NCBI GenBank assembly: GCA_012513725.1
Contig: JAAZBQ010000155.1
Coordinates: 1 to 24,944, forward strand
Source of the DNA: Chloroflexota bacterium
GTDB lineage: Bacteria > Chloroflexota > Anaerolineae > UBA1429
DNA length: 24,944 bases
Direction: 5' to 3'
This document shows, piece by piece, positions 7,926 through 17,703 of this stretch. Below the pieces are notes generated by a model. It had not been told where the DNA came from. It made no database searches and saw only the letters and a list, made by a program, of their open reading frames with translations. Each line of letters opens with the position of its first letter. Position 1 is the first letter of the stretch. A program made the position numbers and the translations under genes.

Positions 7926-9941
7926 ATGTCCGTTGCGCTGGGGATCGATACGGGCGGCACCTACACCGATGCGGTGCTTCTGGACGATGCGGATGACCGA
8001 GTGCTGGCCCGCGCCAAGGCGCTGACCACTCGAGCGGATCTGGCGATCGGCATCGGCGAGGCGATGCACCGCGTGCTCTCGGCGGGCGGCGATCACGGTG
8101 TGGCCGCCGGCGAGGTGCGGCTGGTCTCCGTCTCCACCACGCTGGCCACCAACGCCATCGTCGAGGGGCGTGGCGCGCCGGTGTGCGCGTTGCTCATCGG
8201 GTATGGCGGTTGTGTGCGCGATGCGTCCACCCTGGCCCGAGAGTTGGGCACCGATCACTACGCCCTCATCCCCGGCGGCCACGATATCTCTGGCGAAGAG
8301 CAGGAGCCCTTGGACCTCGATGCGGCCCGGGAGGCGATCCTGACCCACGCCCCGCATGTGCAGGCCTTTGCGGTGTCGGGGTTTTTCGGCACCCGCAGCC
8401 CCTCCCACGAGCTGGCCGTCCGCGACCTGGTCCGCTCCCTTACGGATCTGCCCGTCACCTGCGGGCACGAGCTCACCCAGCGCCTGGATGCCCTGCGCCG
8501 TGCGGCCACCGTGGCGCTGAACGCCAGCCTGATCCCCCTCCTGCGCGACCTCATCGCGGCGGTGCAGGGGGCCATGGCCGCCGAGGGGCTCCGCGCGCCG
8601 CTGATGGTGGTCAAGGGCGACGGCTCCCTCATGGCCTCGGCGATGGCCATGGAGCGGCCCATCGAGACCATCCTCTCCGGCCCGGCTGCCAGCGTGGTGG
8701 GGGCCAAGCACCTGGCCGCCTCCGACGACGTCATCGTCGTGGACATGGGCGGCACCACCACCGACATTGCCGCGCTCCGCAACGGCAGGCCGCGGCTGAG
8801 CCCCCAGGGCGCGGAGGTGGGGCGCTGGCGGACGATGGTGGAGGCCATCGACGCCCACACCGTGGGCATCGGGGGCGATAGCAGGGTGTCCCTCGACGAG
8901 CAGGGCGCCCTGCGCGTGGGGCCGCAGCGGGTGGTGCCCATCGCCTGGCTGGCCAGCCGCCATCCCGAGGTGCGCCAAGAGCTCGAGGCCCAGTGGACGC
9001 TCGGCGAGACGCGCCCAGGCGAGGCGACGGGCGAGTTCTACCTGCTGCAACGCGAGCCGCCCCCCGGCGAGCCGGGCGAACCGCCGACGGCGCCCGCCTT
9101 TATGACCGCGCTGCGCGAGGGGCCCTGCGCCGTGCGGCGGGTCCGGTCGCTGCTGCGCTATCCCACGCTGTACGCCGGATACCTCCAGCGCCTCGAGCGC
9201 CACGGTCACCTGGCCCGGGTGGGGCTGACCCCCACCGATGCCGCCCACGTCCTGGGGATCTTTGGCGAGTGGGACGCCGACGCCTCTCGCCTGGCCGCGG
9301 CGCTCTTGGCCCGCCGGCTGGGCTGCGACGTCGAGGCGCTGTGCCGGCGGGTGATCGAGGAGACCTCCCGGCAGATTGCCCGGGAGGTGATCGCCAAGGC
9401 GCTCGCCGACGACGGGCTGAACGGGCACCACCAGGACGTCGACAGCGTTCTGATCGCCGGCGCCCTGTTGCCCCGGCAAGACACCCTTCTCGATCTGACC
9501 CTGCGGCTGCGCCCGACCATCGTGGCGGTAGGCGCCCCGGTCGCCGCCTACTTTCCGCGCGTTGCCGAGCTCCTGCACACGCGCCTCACGGTGCCCCCTT
9601 GCAGCGAGGTGGCCAACGCCGTGGGCGCCGTCGTCGGCAGCGTAGTGGCCCGGGTCCAGGCGCTGGTGACGCCCCAGCACGAGGGCGAGGTGCTGCGGGT
9701 GCACTTGCCCGGCGAGTCGGCCGATTTCCGCGTGTTGCCCGAGGCGCTGGCCTACGCCGAGCGCCGCGCCCGCGAGCTCGCCGAGGCCGAGGCCGTGCGG
9801 GCCGGGGCGGCGGACGTGCGCGTGGAACTGGAGCGCCACGACCACACGGCGCCCGTGGCGAACGGGTTTGGCGCCGATGTGTACGTCGAGACGCGTATCG
9901 TGGCCGCGGCGGTGGGGCGCCCGCGGTTGGCCCCGCGCTGA
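7926..9941 (+). CDS. Hydantoinase/oxoprolinase family protein (A-subunit type, actin-like ATPase fold)
   Basis: GAGGAGG RBS. LGIDTGGTYTDAV, STTLATNAIVEG, PIETILSGPAASV, VVDMGGTTTDIA, GIGGDS, GLTPTDAAHVLG. Confidence 0.88.
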   Translation: MSVALGIDTGGTYTDAVLLDDADDRVLARAKALTTRADLAIGIGEAMHRVLSAGGDHGVAAGEVRLVSVSTTLATNAIVEGRGAPVCALLIGYGGCVRDASTLARELGTDHYALIPGGHDISGEEQEPLDLDAAREAILTHAPHVQAFAVSGFFGTRSPSHELAVRDLVRSLTDLPVTCGHELTQRLDALRRAATVALNASLIPLLRDLIAAVQGAMAAEGLRAPLMVVKGDGSLMASAMAMERPIETILSGPAASVVGAKHLAASDDVIVVDMGGTTTDIAALRNGRPRLSPQGAEVGRWRTMVEAIDAHTVGIGGDSRVSLDEQGALRVGPQRVVPIAWLASRHPEVRQELEAQWTLGETRPGEATGEFYLLQREPPPGEPGEPPTAPAFMTALREGPCAVRRVRSLLRYPTLYAGYLQRLERHGHLARVGLTPTDAAHVLGIFGEWDADASRLAAALLARRLGCDVEALCRRVIEETSRQIAREVIAKALADDGLNGHHQDVDSVLIAGALLPRQDTLLDLTLRLRPTIVAVGAPVAAYFPRVAELLHTRLTVPPCSEVANAVGAVVGSVVARVQALVTPQHEGEVLRVHLPGESADFRVLPEALAYAERRARELAEAEAVRAGAADVRVELERHDHTAPVANGFGADVYVETRIVAAAVGRPRLAPR

Positions 9942-11869
<1,928 letters not shown>

Positions 11870-11872
11870 CCG

Positions 11873-12184
11873 GTGCTCCCCGGCATCGAATTCGCCCTGT
11901 GGCTGATCATCGGCGCGCTGTGCGGTTCGCTCCACCTCCTGGGGCTGCGCCGGGCTGTGGAGCGGATTGGGGGCTGCGAGCCGCAGGAGGCGCAGAGGCG
12001 GTTGGCGCGGGGCTATCCCCTGCGTGTGCTTGCCTGGGTGCCTGTGTTAGCGGGTGCCGCCGTTTCCGGCCTGTACGCCTGCGTGGGCCTGGTGTTCGGC
12101 CTCCTGGCCGGCCGCCTGGCGACCTACCTATACGTATCGCGCTCGACCGTGGACACAACAAGCCACATGGATGGACAGGACTAG
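11873..12184 (+). CDS. atpR: N-ATPase membrane subunit AtpR-like
   Basis: 103-aa hydrophobic protein between atpC and atpB. G.L.G.L...GL...V and LR...GL..GR pattern resembles AtpR as I recall it. Confidence 0.65.
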   Translation: MLPGIEFALWLIIGALCGSLHLLGLRRAVERIGGCEPQEAQRRLARGYPLRVLAWVPVLAGAAVSGLYACVGLVFGLLAGRLATYLYVSRSTVDTTSHMDGQD

Positions 12185-12187
12185 TCG

Positions 12188-12886
12188 GTGAGCATCGAGA
12201 GCCTCTTCCCGCAAACCGTCTTTCACCTTCTTGGCATTCCGGTGAAGGACAGCGTGCTGCAGGCCTTTCTCATCGTGCTCGTGCTTGGCGCGTTTGCGAT
12301 CATCACGTCGCGTCAGTATCGGGTGTGGGGGCCCCGGCCCTGGCAGCTGGTAGTTGAGTACCTCGTCGAGACGGTCGAGAACCTGGTACGCGACACGTCC
12401 GGGCGCTCGCTACCGCAGGTGATACCGTTTCTGACCACGATGATCACGTTCATCGCCGTTGGGAATATCCTGGGGATCTTTCCCCTCCTGCAGGCCCCCA
12501 CGCGCGACCTGAATACGACGATAGCACTATCGCTCGTGGCCCTGGGGTCCTGGGTCTACTTTGGCGTGCAGTCTAGGGGCATTGGCGGCTATGCGCGCAG
12601 CTTCATCGAGCCGGTGGCCCTGATGCTGCCACTGAACCTGTTGGGGTTCTTTAGCCGCGTCCTGTCGATGACCCTGCGTCTGTTCGGCAACATCATTGCC
12701 GCCGAGACGATCAGCGCGGTGCTGTTCGCCCTAGTGCCCGTGTTGGGACCTCTGCCGCTCACCATCTTGGGTCTGCTCACCTCGGTGCTCCAGGCCCTGG
12801 TGTTCACCGTGTTGACCTTTGTGTTCATCGTTGATGCGATGGGCCAGGAAGAGGAACTCGCGGAAACTACTGCGAACACTACATAA
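12188..12886 (+). CDS. atpB: F0 subunit a
   Basis: APTRDLNTTIAL, SRVLSMTLRLFGNII (essential Arg), LQALVFTVLT. Confidence 0.94.
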   Translation: MSIESLFPQTVFHLLGIPVKDSVLQAFLIVLVLGAFAIITSRQYRVWGPRPWQLVVEYLVETVENLVRDTSGRSLPQVIPFLTTMITFIAVGNILGIFPLLQAPTRDLNTTIALSLVALGSWVYFGVQSRGIGGYARSFIEPVALMLPLNLLGFFSRVLSMTLRLFGNIIAAETISAVLFALVPVLGPLPLTILGLLTSVLQALVFTVLTFVFIVDAMGQEEELAETTANTT

Positions 12887-12975
12887 CCGGCCCGATCGCC
12901 CCTCCTCGACGTCGTGCGATGGCAGGAGGGTAGGGGATTACTCGCCAGACTACATTGAGAGGAGTACGCTACGCC

Positions 12976-13242
12976 ATGAATGAAGTCGCCCAGTTTGCCA
13001 TTGTGACCACCGTCGTCGTGGGGGCCGCCATCGTCCTGGGCACCATCGCTCCGGTGCTGATGGAGGGCCGCGCCGTTGCGCGCGCGTTCGACAATATGGC
13101 CCGCCAGCCCTCGGTCGCCGACCGCATCCGCGGGCTTCTGTTCGTGGTGTTGGCCATCCTCGAGTCGGGCGCCATCTATGTGCTGTTGATCTGCCTGATC
13201 CTCCTGTTCGCCAATCCGTTCCAGGGTATGTTGGGCCTGTAG
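12976..13242 (+). CDS. atpE: F0 subunit c, N-ATPase type
   Basis: Helix 1 P.L.EGRAV, loop ARQP, helix 2 LAILESGAIY, C-terminal LLFANPF; AGGAG RBS. Confidence 0.93.
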   Translation: MNEVAQFAIVTTVVVGAAIVLGTIAPVLMEGRAVARAFDNMARQPSVADRIRGLLFVVLAILESGAIYVLLICLILLFANPFQGMLGL

Positions 13243-13251
13243 GAGTTCTGT

Positions 13252-14028
13252 ATGCTTGAATTCGATCTGGCCACCCTGGCCTTTCAAATCGTTAACTTTC
13301 TCGTACTCTTGGCGATCCTGTATTACTTTTTGTTCAGGCCGCTCCGGGGCAGACTGAACGAGCGGAGCCAGGCTCTGGCCGATTCGTTGCAGAACGCCAG
13401 GGACCAGCAGGCCGAAGCCGCCCGATTGCGTGACGAGTACGAACGACGCATTCACGGACTGCGCGAAGAGGCCGACGAGATCGTCGCTCAAGCCCGTCAG
13501 GAAGCGGCAGACCGCGGGGCGGAGCTCATGGAGGAGACTCGCCGACGGATCGACCGGCTCACCGTTGACATGCGCACCGACCTGATGCGCCAGCGCGACG
13601 AGGTGGTGGCGCAGAACTATGAGGGTATACTCGACGCGATCGTGGACCTGAGCGCCAACGTCGTGCAGTCGGTCACCACCCGCCGTACCCACGACGACCT
13701 CGTGCAGAACTTTTGCGCCAGCATCTATCGCCTTCCCCAGGAGGAGGTGAACGAGTACCGGCGCGCCATCGAGGGGCGCTATCCGGTGGCCGTGGTCACC
13801 ACGCCGGTGGCCCTTACCGCCGATCAGACCAAGACGGTGTCCGACACCCTGTCTTCGCTCATCGACCGTCAGGTGGAGCTGCAGGTGCGCGTGGCGCCGG
13901 AGCTCGTGGCCGGCATCCAGGTGCGGCTAGCGAACCGACTGCTGGACAACACGGTCCGGCAGCAACTGAACCGCATCCGCGATCGCGTCCGAGAGGATCT
14001 GGTCGAGCGGATGGGGGCGAGCGCGTAG
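13252..14028 (+). CDS. atpF: F0 subunit b fused to a delta/OSCP-like C-terminal domain
   Basis: FQIVNFLVLLAILYYFLFRPL TM anchor, long coiled coil, then V.T.VAL...V.PELVAGIQV.L....LD.TV..QL delta-like domain. No separate atpH. Confidence 0.9.
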   Translation: MLEFDLATLAFQIVNFLVLLAILYYFLFRPLRGRLNERSQALADSLQNARDQQAEAARLRDEYERRIHGLREEADEIVAQARQEAADRGAELMEETRRRIDRLTVDMRTDLMRQRDEVVAQNYEGILDAIVDLSANVVQSVTTRRTHDDLVQNFCASIYRLPQEEVNEYRRAIEGRYPVAVVTTPVALTADQTKTVSDTLSSLIDRQVELQVRVAPELVAGIQVRLANRLLDNTVRQQLNRIRDRVREDLVERMGASA

Positions 14029-14029
14029 C

Positions 14030-15802
14030 ATGGCCGACCCGACCATCCGCAGCATACCCCCTCAGGATGAGCCTGGCGACGAGGCCCTGAACGACTCCGA
14101 GCACTTTCTGAGCGCCCCGCTAGACGCCGATGTCCCGGGCGGTGACGAGTGGGACGATGCAGACAACGATCGGATGCTCCCGGCCGGCACCCGCCCGCGC
14201 ACCACGATCGACCTATGGGGACCGCCGGTGGAGCCCCTCGGCGGTGAGGTGCCCGAGGAGGCGCTCAGCCGCCTCGTCCACCGTCCCAAGGAAGCGCTGG
14301 ACACGATCCTGGACGGGTTCATTCGCGAAAGTCGCGCCGTTCATCCGGGCATCACCGCCCGCGACGTGGGCACGGTGCGGCAGGTCGGTGATGGCGTGGC
14401 CTCGGTTTGGGGTTTGCCCCAGGCGCGCACCGACGAGCTCCTCTTGTTCTCCTCGGGCGTCATGGGCCTGGTCATGAACCTCGAGACCGACTGGATCGAC
14501 TGCATCCTGCTCGGCTCCGAGGGCGGCATCCAGGGCGGCGATCTGGTTTGGTCCACGGGGCAGCGCATCTCGGTGCCCGTGGGCGAGAGGCTTCTGGGCC
14601 GCGTGGTGAGCGCCCTGGGTTCGCCGGTGGACGGCAAGGGCCGCCTCTTTGTCGACGAGCACCGCTTCATCGAGCGGATGGCGCCGGGCGTCGTCGAGCG
14701 TCAGGCGGTGGACGAGCCACTGAGCACCGGCATCAAGGCCGTCGACGCCATCATCCCCGTGGGCCGCGGTCAGCGCGAGCTGATCATCGGCGACCGGCAA
14801 ACGGGCAAGACCAGCCTGGCGCTGGACGCCATCATCAACCAGCGCGACGAGAACGTCGTCTGCGTATATGTGGCCATCGGCCAGCGCAAGTCCTCGGTGT
14901 TGCAGGTGATGCGCACGCTGGAACAGGCCGGGGCCATGGACAACACGGTGATCGTCACGGCCTCGCCGGATGATCCGCCGGCCCTCATCTATCTGGCGCC
15001 GTACGTGGGGACGACGATCGCCGAGTCCTTTTTGGACCACGGTGGCGACGTGCTGATCGTCTACGACGACCTCAGCCGGCACGCGGACGCCTACCGCGAG
15101 CTGTCGCTCCTCTTGCGGCGGCCCCCGGGTCGCGAGGCCTATCCCGGCGACATCTTTTACCTGCACTCGCGCCTCTTGGAGCGCGCCGTGCGCCTTTCCG
15201 ACGACCTGGGCGGTGGGAGCATCACGGCCCTGCCGATCATCGAGACCCGGCGCGGTAACATCTCGGCCTACATCCCCACGAACCTGATCTCCATCACCGA
15301 CGGGCAGATCTACCTGAGCCCGGAGCTGTTCAACCAGGGCGTGCGCCCGGCGGTGGACGTGGGGCTCTCGGTCTCACGGGTGGGCGGCGCGGCGCAGACG
15401 CCCATCATGCGTCAGGTGAGCGGCCAGCTCAAGCTGTCGCTGGCCCAGTACGAAGAAGTGGCGCACTTTGCGCGCTTTGGCACCGAGATCGACCGCGCCA
15501 CCCAGCAGCAGATCTCCCGGGGCGAGCGGCTGCGCGAGGTGCTCAAGCAGTCGGCCTACGAGCCGCTGGAACTCTGGCAGCAGGTCACCATCATCTATGC
15601 CGCTACCCGCGGCTACCTCGACGAACTGGAACTCCACCAGATCCGCGACTATGAGCGGGGCCTCTGGCAGTACGCCCGGCGGGAGTACCGCTCGGTGACG
15701 CGGCGCATCGAAGAGGATCGCGACCTCACCGACGAGCTGGAGCGCGACCTCGAGGCGCTGGTGACCGAGTTCGGCGATACGTTCGCCCGGAACGAGGAGT
15801 GA
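14030..15802 (+). CDS. atpA: F1 alpha subunit with a long acidic N-terminal extension
   Basis: VGTVRQVGDGVA, Walker A GDRQTGKT, YVAIGQ, YDDLSRHA, RRPPGREAYPGDIFYLHSRLLERA, GLSVSRVGG. Confidence 0.96.
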   Translation: MADPTIRSIPPQDEPGDEALNDSEHFLSAPLDADVPGGDEWDDADNDRMLPAGTRPRTTIDLWGPPVEPLGGEVPEEALSRLVHRPKEALDTILDGFIRESRAVHPGITARDVGTVRQVGDGVASVWGLPQARTDELLLFSSGVMGLVMNLETDWIDCILLGSEGGIQGGDLVWSTGQRISVPVGERLLGRVVSALGSPVDGKGRLFVDEHRFIERMAPGVVERQAVDEPLSTGIKAVDAIIPVGRGQRELIIGDRQTGKTSLALDAIINQRDENVVCVYVAIGQRKSSVLQVMRTLEQAGAMDNTVIVTASPDDPPALIYLAPYVGTTIAESFLDHGGDVLIVYDDLSRHADAYRELSLLLRRPPGREAYPGDIFYLHSRLLERAVRLSDDLGGGSITALPIIETRRGNISAYIPTNLISITDGQIYLSPELFNQGVRPAVDVGLSVSRVGGAAQTPIMRQVSGQLKLSLAQYEEVAHFARFGTEIDRATQQQISRGERLREVLKQSAYEPLELWQQVTIIYAATRGYLDELELHQIRDYERGLWQYARREYRSVTRRIEEDRDLTDELERDLEALVTEFGDTFARNEE

Positions 15803-16704
15803 TGGAAGACCTCGAACGGATCAAGGACCGTCTGGACAACATCCGCAGCGTGGAGCCCATCGTCACCTCGCTGCGGACCATCGCCATGGGCGGCTGGCAG
15901 GTGGCCCTCCGCCGTATGCGGGCGTCCAGCGCGTACCTGAGCAACCTCTCCGAGGTGCTCAGCGTGCTGATCCCTCAGGTCTCGCCCGACGACCTCGCCA
16001 GCGCCAACGTGGTGTTGCGCGCCATGCCGCAGCGCCCGGTGATGTTGGTGATCGCCTCGGAGCGCGGCCTGTGCGGTTCGTATAACGACGTGGTGACCGA
16101 GGGCGCCGCGCGGCTGATCTCCGAGCAGCAGGTGCGCTCGGAGCGCGTCCACGTCGCCACGGTGGGCGCCCGGGCCACCACATACTTCCAGGCGCGGGAT
16201 TGGCCGCTCCTCCTGAGCCACCCGCTGCCCATCACGCGGGTGCCGTCGCTGTCGCTGGTGCGCCGGCTGGCCACGCAACTCCTCGAGCATCTGGCCTCGG
16301 GCGAGATCGACGGAGTATACGTGATCTACTCGCCCTACCGGACGACCACCACCGCCGAGCCCGTGGCGCGCCTGTGGCTGCCCATCGAGGCGGCCAGCCT
16401 CCCGGGTGGCGAGTCGCCGCCCTGGCCGCCGCCCATCGTGGAGACCGAGCCCCGCCTGCTGTTCCGGCGGGTCATCGAGGACCGCATGCTGGTGAACCTC
16501 TTTCAGGTGGTGATGGAGGCCTCCGCCAGCGAGCAGTCGGCCCGCTATCGGGCGATGGACAACTCCTCGAGCAACCTGCAGGAGCTCATCGAGGAACTCA
16601 CCCAGAGCTACCATACGGCCCGGCAGCATGCCATCACGATGGAGATGCTGGACCTCATGGCCGGCAGCGGCGAGTTGCGCCGAGGGCGCGATCGCGAGCG
16701 CTGA
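15802..16704 (+). CDS. atpG: F1 gamma subunit
   Basis: TGATG overlap with atpA. IKDRLDNIRSV..IV.SLR.IA, SERGLCGSYN, SEQSARYRAMD..S.N, ARQHAIT.EM. Confidence 0.93.
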   Translation: MEDLERIKDRLDNIRSVEPIVTSLRTIAMGGWQVALRRMRASSAYLSNLSEVLSVLIPQVSPDDLASANVVLRAMPQRPVMLVIASERGLCGSYNDVVTEGAARLISEQQVRSERVHVATVGARATTYFQARDWPLLLSHPLPITRVPSLSLVRRLATQLLEHLASGEIDGVYVIYSPYRTTTTAEPVARLWLPIEAASLPGGESPPWPPPIVETEPRLLFRRVIEDRMLVNLFQVVMEASASEQSARYRAMDNSSSNLQELIEELTQSYHTARQHAITMEMLDLMAGSGELRRGRDRER

Positions 16705-16726
16705 CGCGCGACACCGGCGTGGAAGC

Positions 16727-16740
16727 TGTGCTATAATCGA
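16727..16740 (+). promoter_or_regulatory. Extended -10 promoter TGTGCTATAAT
   Basis: TG (16729-16730), 1 nt, TATAAT (16732-16737), just downstream of the atpG stop; weak -35. Confidence 0.65.
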
Positions 16741-16743
16741 GCA

Positions 16744-16942
16744 GAGCGTCACAGGACAAAGGAGTGTGGACCAGACATGTTCTCAGCAGAGCCCTCCGAC
16801 CCGGCTAGTACCCCGGCGGACCAACGTTCCGCTCCAGCCCCCCGTGAACGCGATGATCGCCCCGTTCTAGGCTTGTACGGTGGGCCGAACGCCTGCCAGC
16901 GCCCCGGTTTCCCATTGCTCGAACCACAAGTCCTACTGCTGC
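16744..16942 (+). ncRNA. Candidate structured ncRNA or leader (6S-RNA-like architecture, unconfirmed)
   Basis: Starts right after a strong promoter. Hand-found pairings give an interrupted rod with an internal bubble and a GAAC/GTTC hairpin. No covariance-model search was run. Confidence 0.3.
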
Positions 16943-16943
16943 C

Positions 16944-16981
16944 ACCGCGCGGCGTCTTTGCGACCGCGCGGCGTCTTTGCG
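16944..16981 (+). repeat. Perfect 19-bp tandem repeat ACCGCGCGGCGTCTTTGCG x2
   Basis: Seen directly at 16944-16962 and 16963-16981; each unit contains the palindrome CCGCGCGG. Confidence 0.95.
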
Positions 16982-17049
16982 CGTCCATAGGCTAGGTCGC
17001 CTGGTAGGCATGCTGCCCGCCAGCGGGCCATTCGCCCTGGGCGGGCTCA

Positions 17050-17082
17050 TGCCACGCGGTGGCGCGTGCCACGGCGTGGCGC
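17050..17082. repeat. Tandem palindromic boxes TGCCAC-N3-GTGGCGC x2 (17-bp period)
   Basis: TGCCACGCGGTGGCGC at 17050-17065 and TGCCACGGCGTGGCGC at 17067-17082. Confidence 0.85.
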
Positions 17083-17099
17083 AGGATGGGGAAATGGGC

Positions 17100-17690
17100 A
17101 TGAGCATCAGTCTCAAGCTGCGCGAGTTCGGTGAGTACCGACGGCTGGCGGCCGTCGACGAGATCGGCCGGCGGTACCTGGCGATGAACGCCTTCGACGG
17201 CATCCTCACGATGATCGGCGTGGTGATGGGCTCCTATGTGGCCGGAGTTCTGGAGCCCCGGGTGGTGCTGGCCACCGGGCTGGCCACGTCGCTGGCCATG
17301 GGCGTGTCGGGTCTGTGGGGCGCGTACATGACCGAGTCCGCCGAGCGCCAGCACGAACTCCACGACCTGGAGCAGGCCATGCTGACCGACCTCCACGACA
17401 CCAGACAGGCCCGCGCCTCGCGGTTTGCGGTGGTGGTGGTGGCGATCATCGACGGCCTGGCCCCCTTGCTGGCGGGCGCTGCGGTACTGGTTCCCTTCTT
17501 GTTCGCCGGGTGGGCGGGCAAGGAGACCTGCTACGCGACGTCGCTGGGCGTGGCGCTGGTGATGCTCTTTGGGCTGGGCGCGTTTCTGGCCCGGGTCGCG
17601 CGCACCAACCTGCTGCGCTCCGGGATCCGAATGATCGTGGCGGGCCTGGTCTGCGTGGTCCTGAGCCTGCTGTTGAACGTGTCCGGGTAG
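17100..17690 (+). CDS. VIT1/CCC1 family metal transporter (TIGR00267-like); alternative start 17094
   Basis: RRYLAMNAFDGILT.IG, LA.SLAMGVSGLWGAYMTESAER..EL..LE.AML, DGLAP, LFGLG.FLA..A.......G.RM...G. Confidence 0.82.
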   Translation: MSISLKLREFGEYRRLAAVDEIGRRYLAMNAFDGILTMIGVVMGSYVAGVLEPRVVLATGLATSLAMGVSGLWGAYMTESAERQHELHDLEQAMLTDLHDTRQARASRFAVVVVAIIDGLAPLLAGAAVLVPFLFAGWAGKETCYATSLGVALVMLFGLGAFLARVARTNLLRSGIRMIVAGLVCVVLSLLLNVSG

Positions 17691-17703
17691 GGGTACAGCA
17701 GCC

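Noticed and set aside
12887-12975. CCCTCCT/AGGAGGG hairpin between atpB and atpE
   Set aside because: Structured atpB-atpE spacers are ordinary in ATP synthase operons; the 7-bp stem with a long loop is unremarkable at this GC content.
16740-17100. yybP-ykoY (Mn2+) or NiCo riboswitch ahead of the VIT1/CCC1 gene
   Set aside because: Only scattered short similarities (GAGCAG, CAGAGC); the conserved cores and junction architecture could not be assembled by eye.
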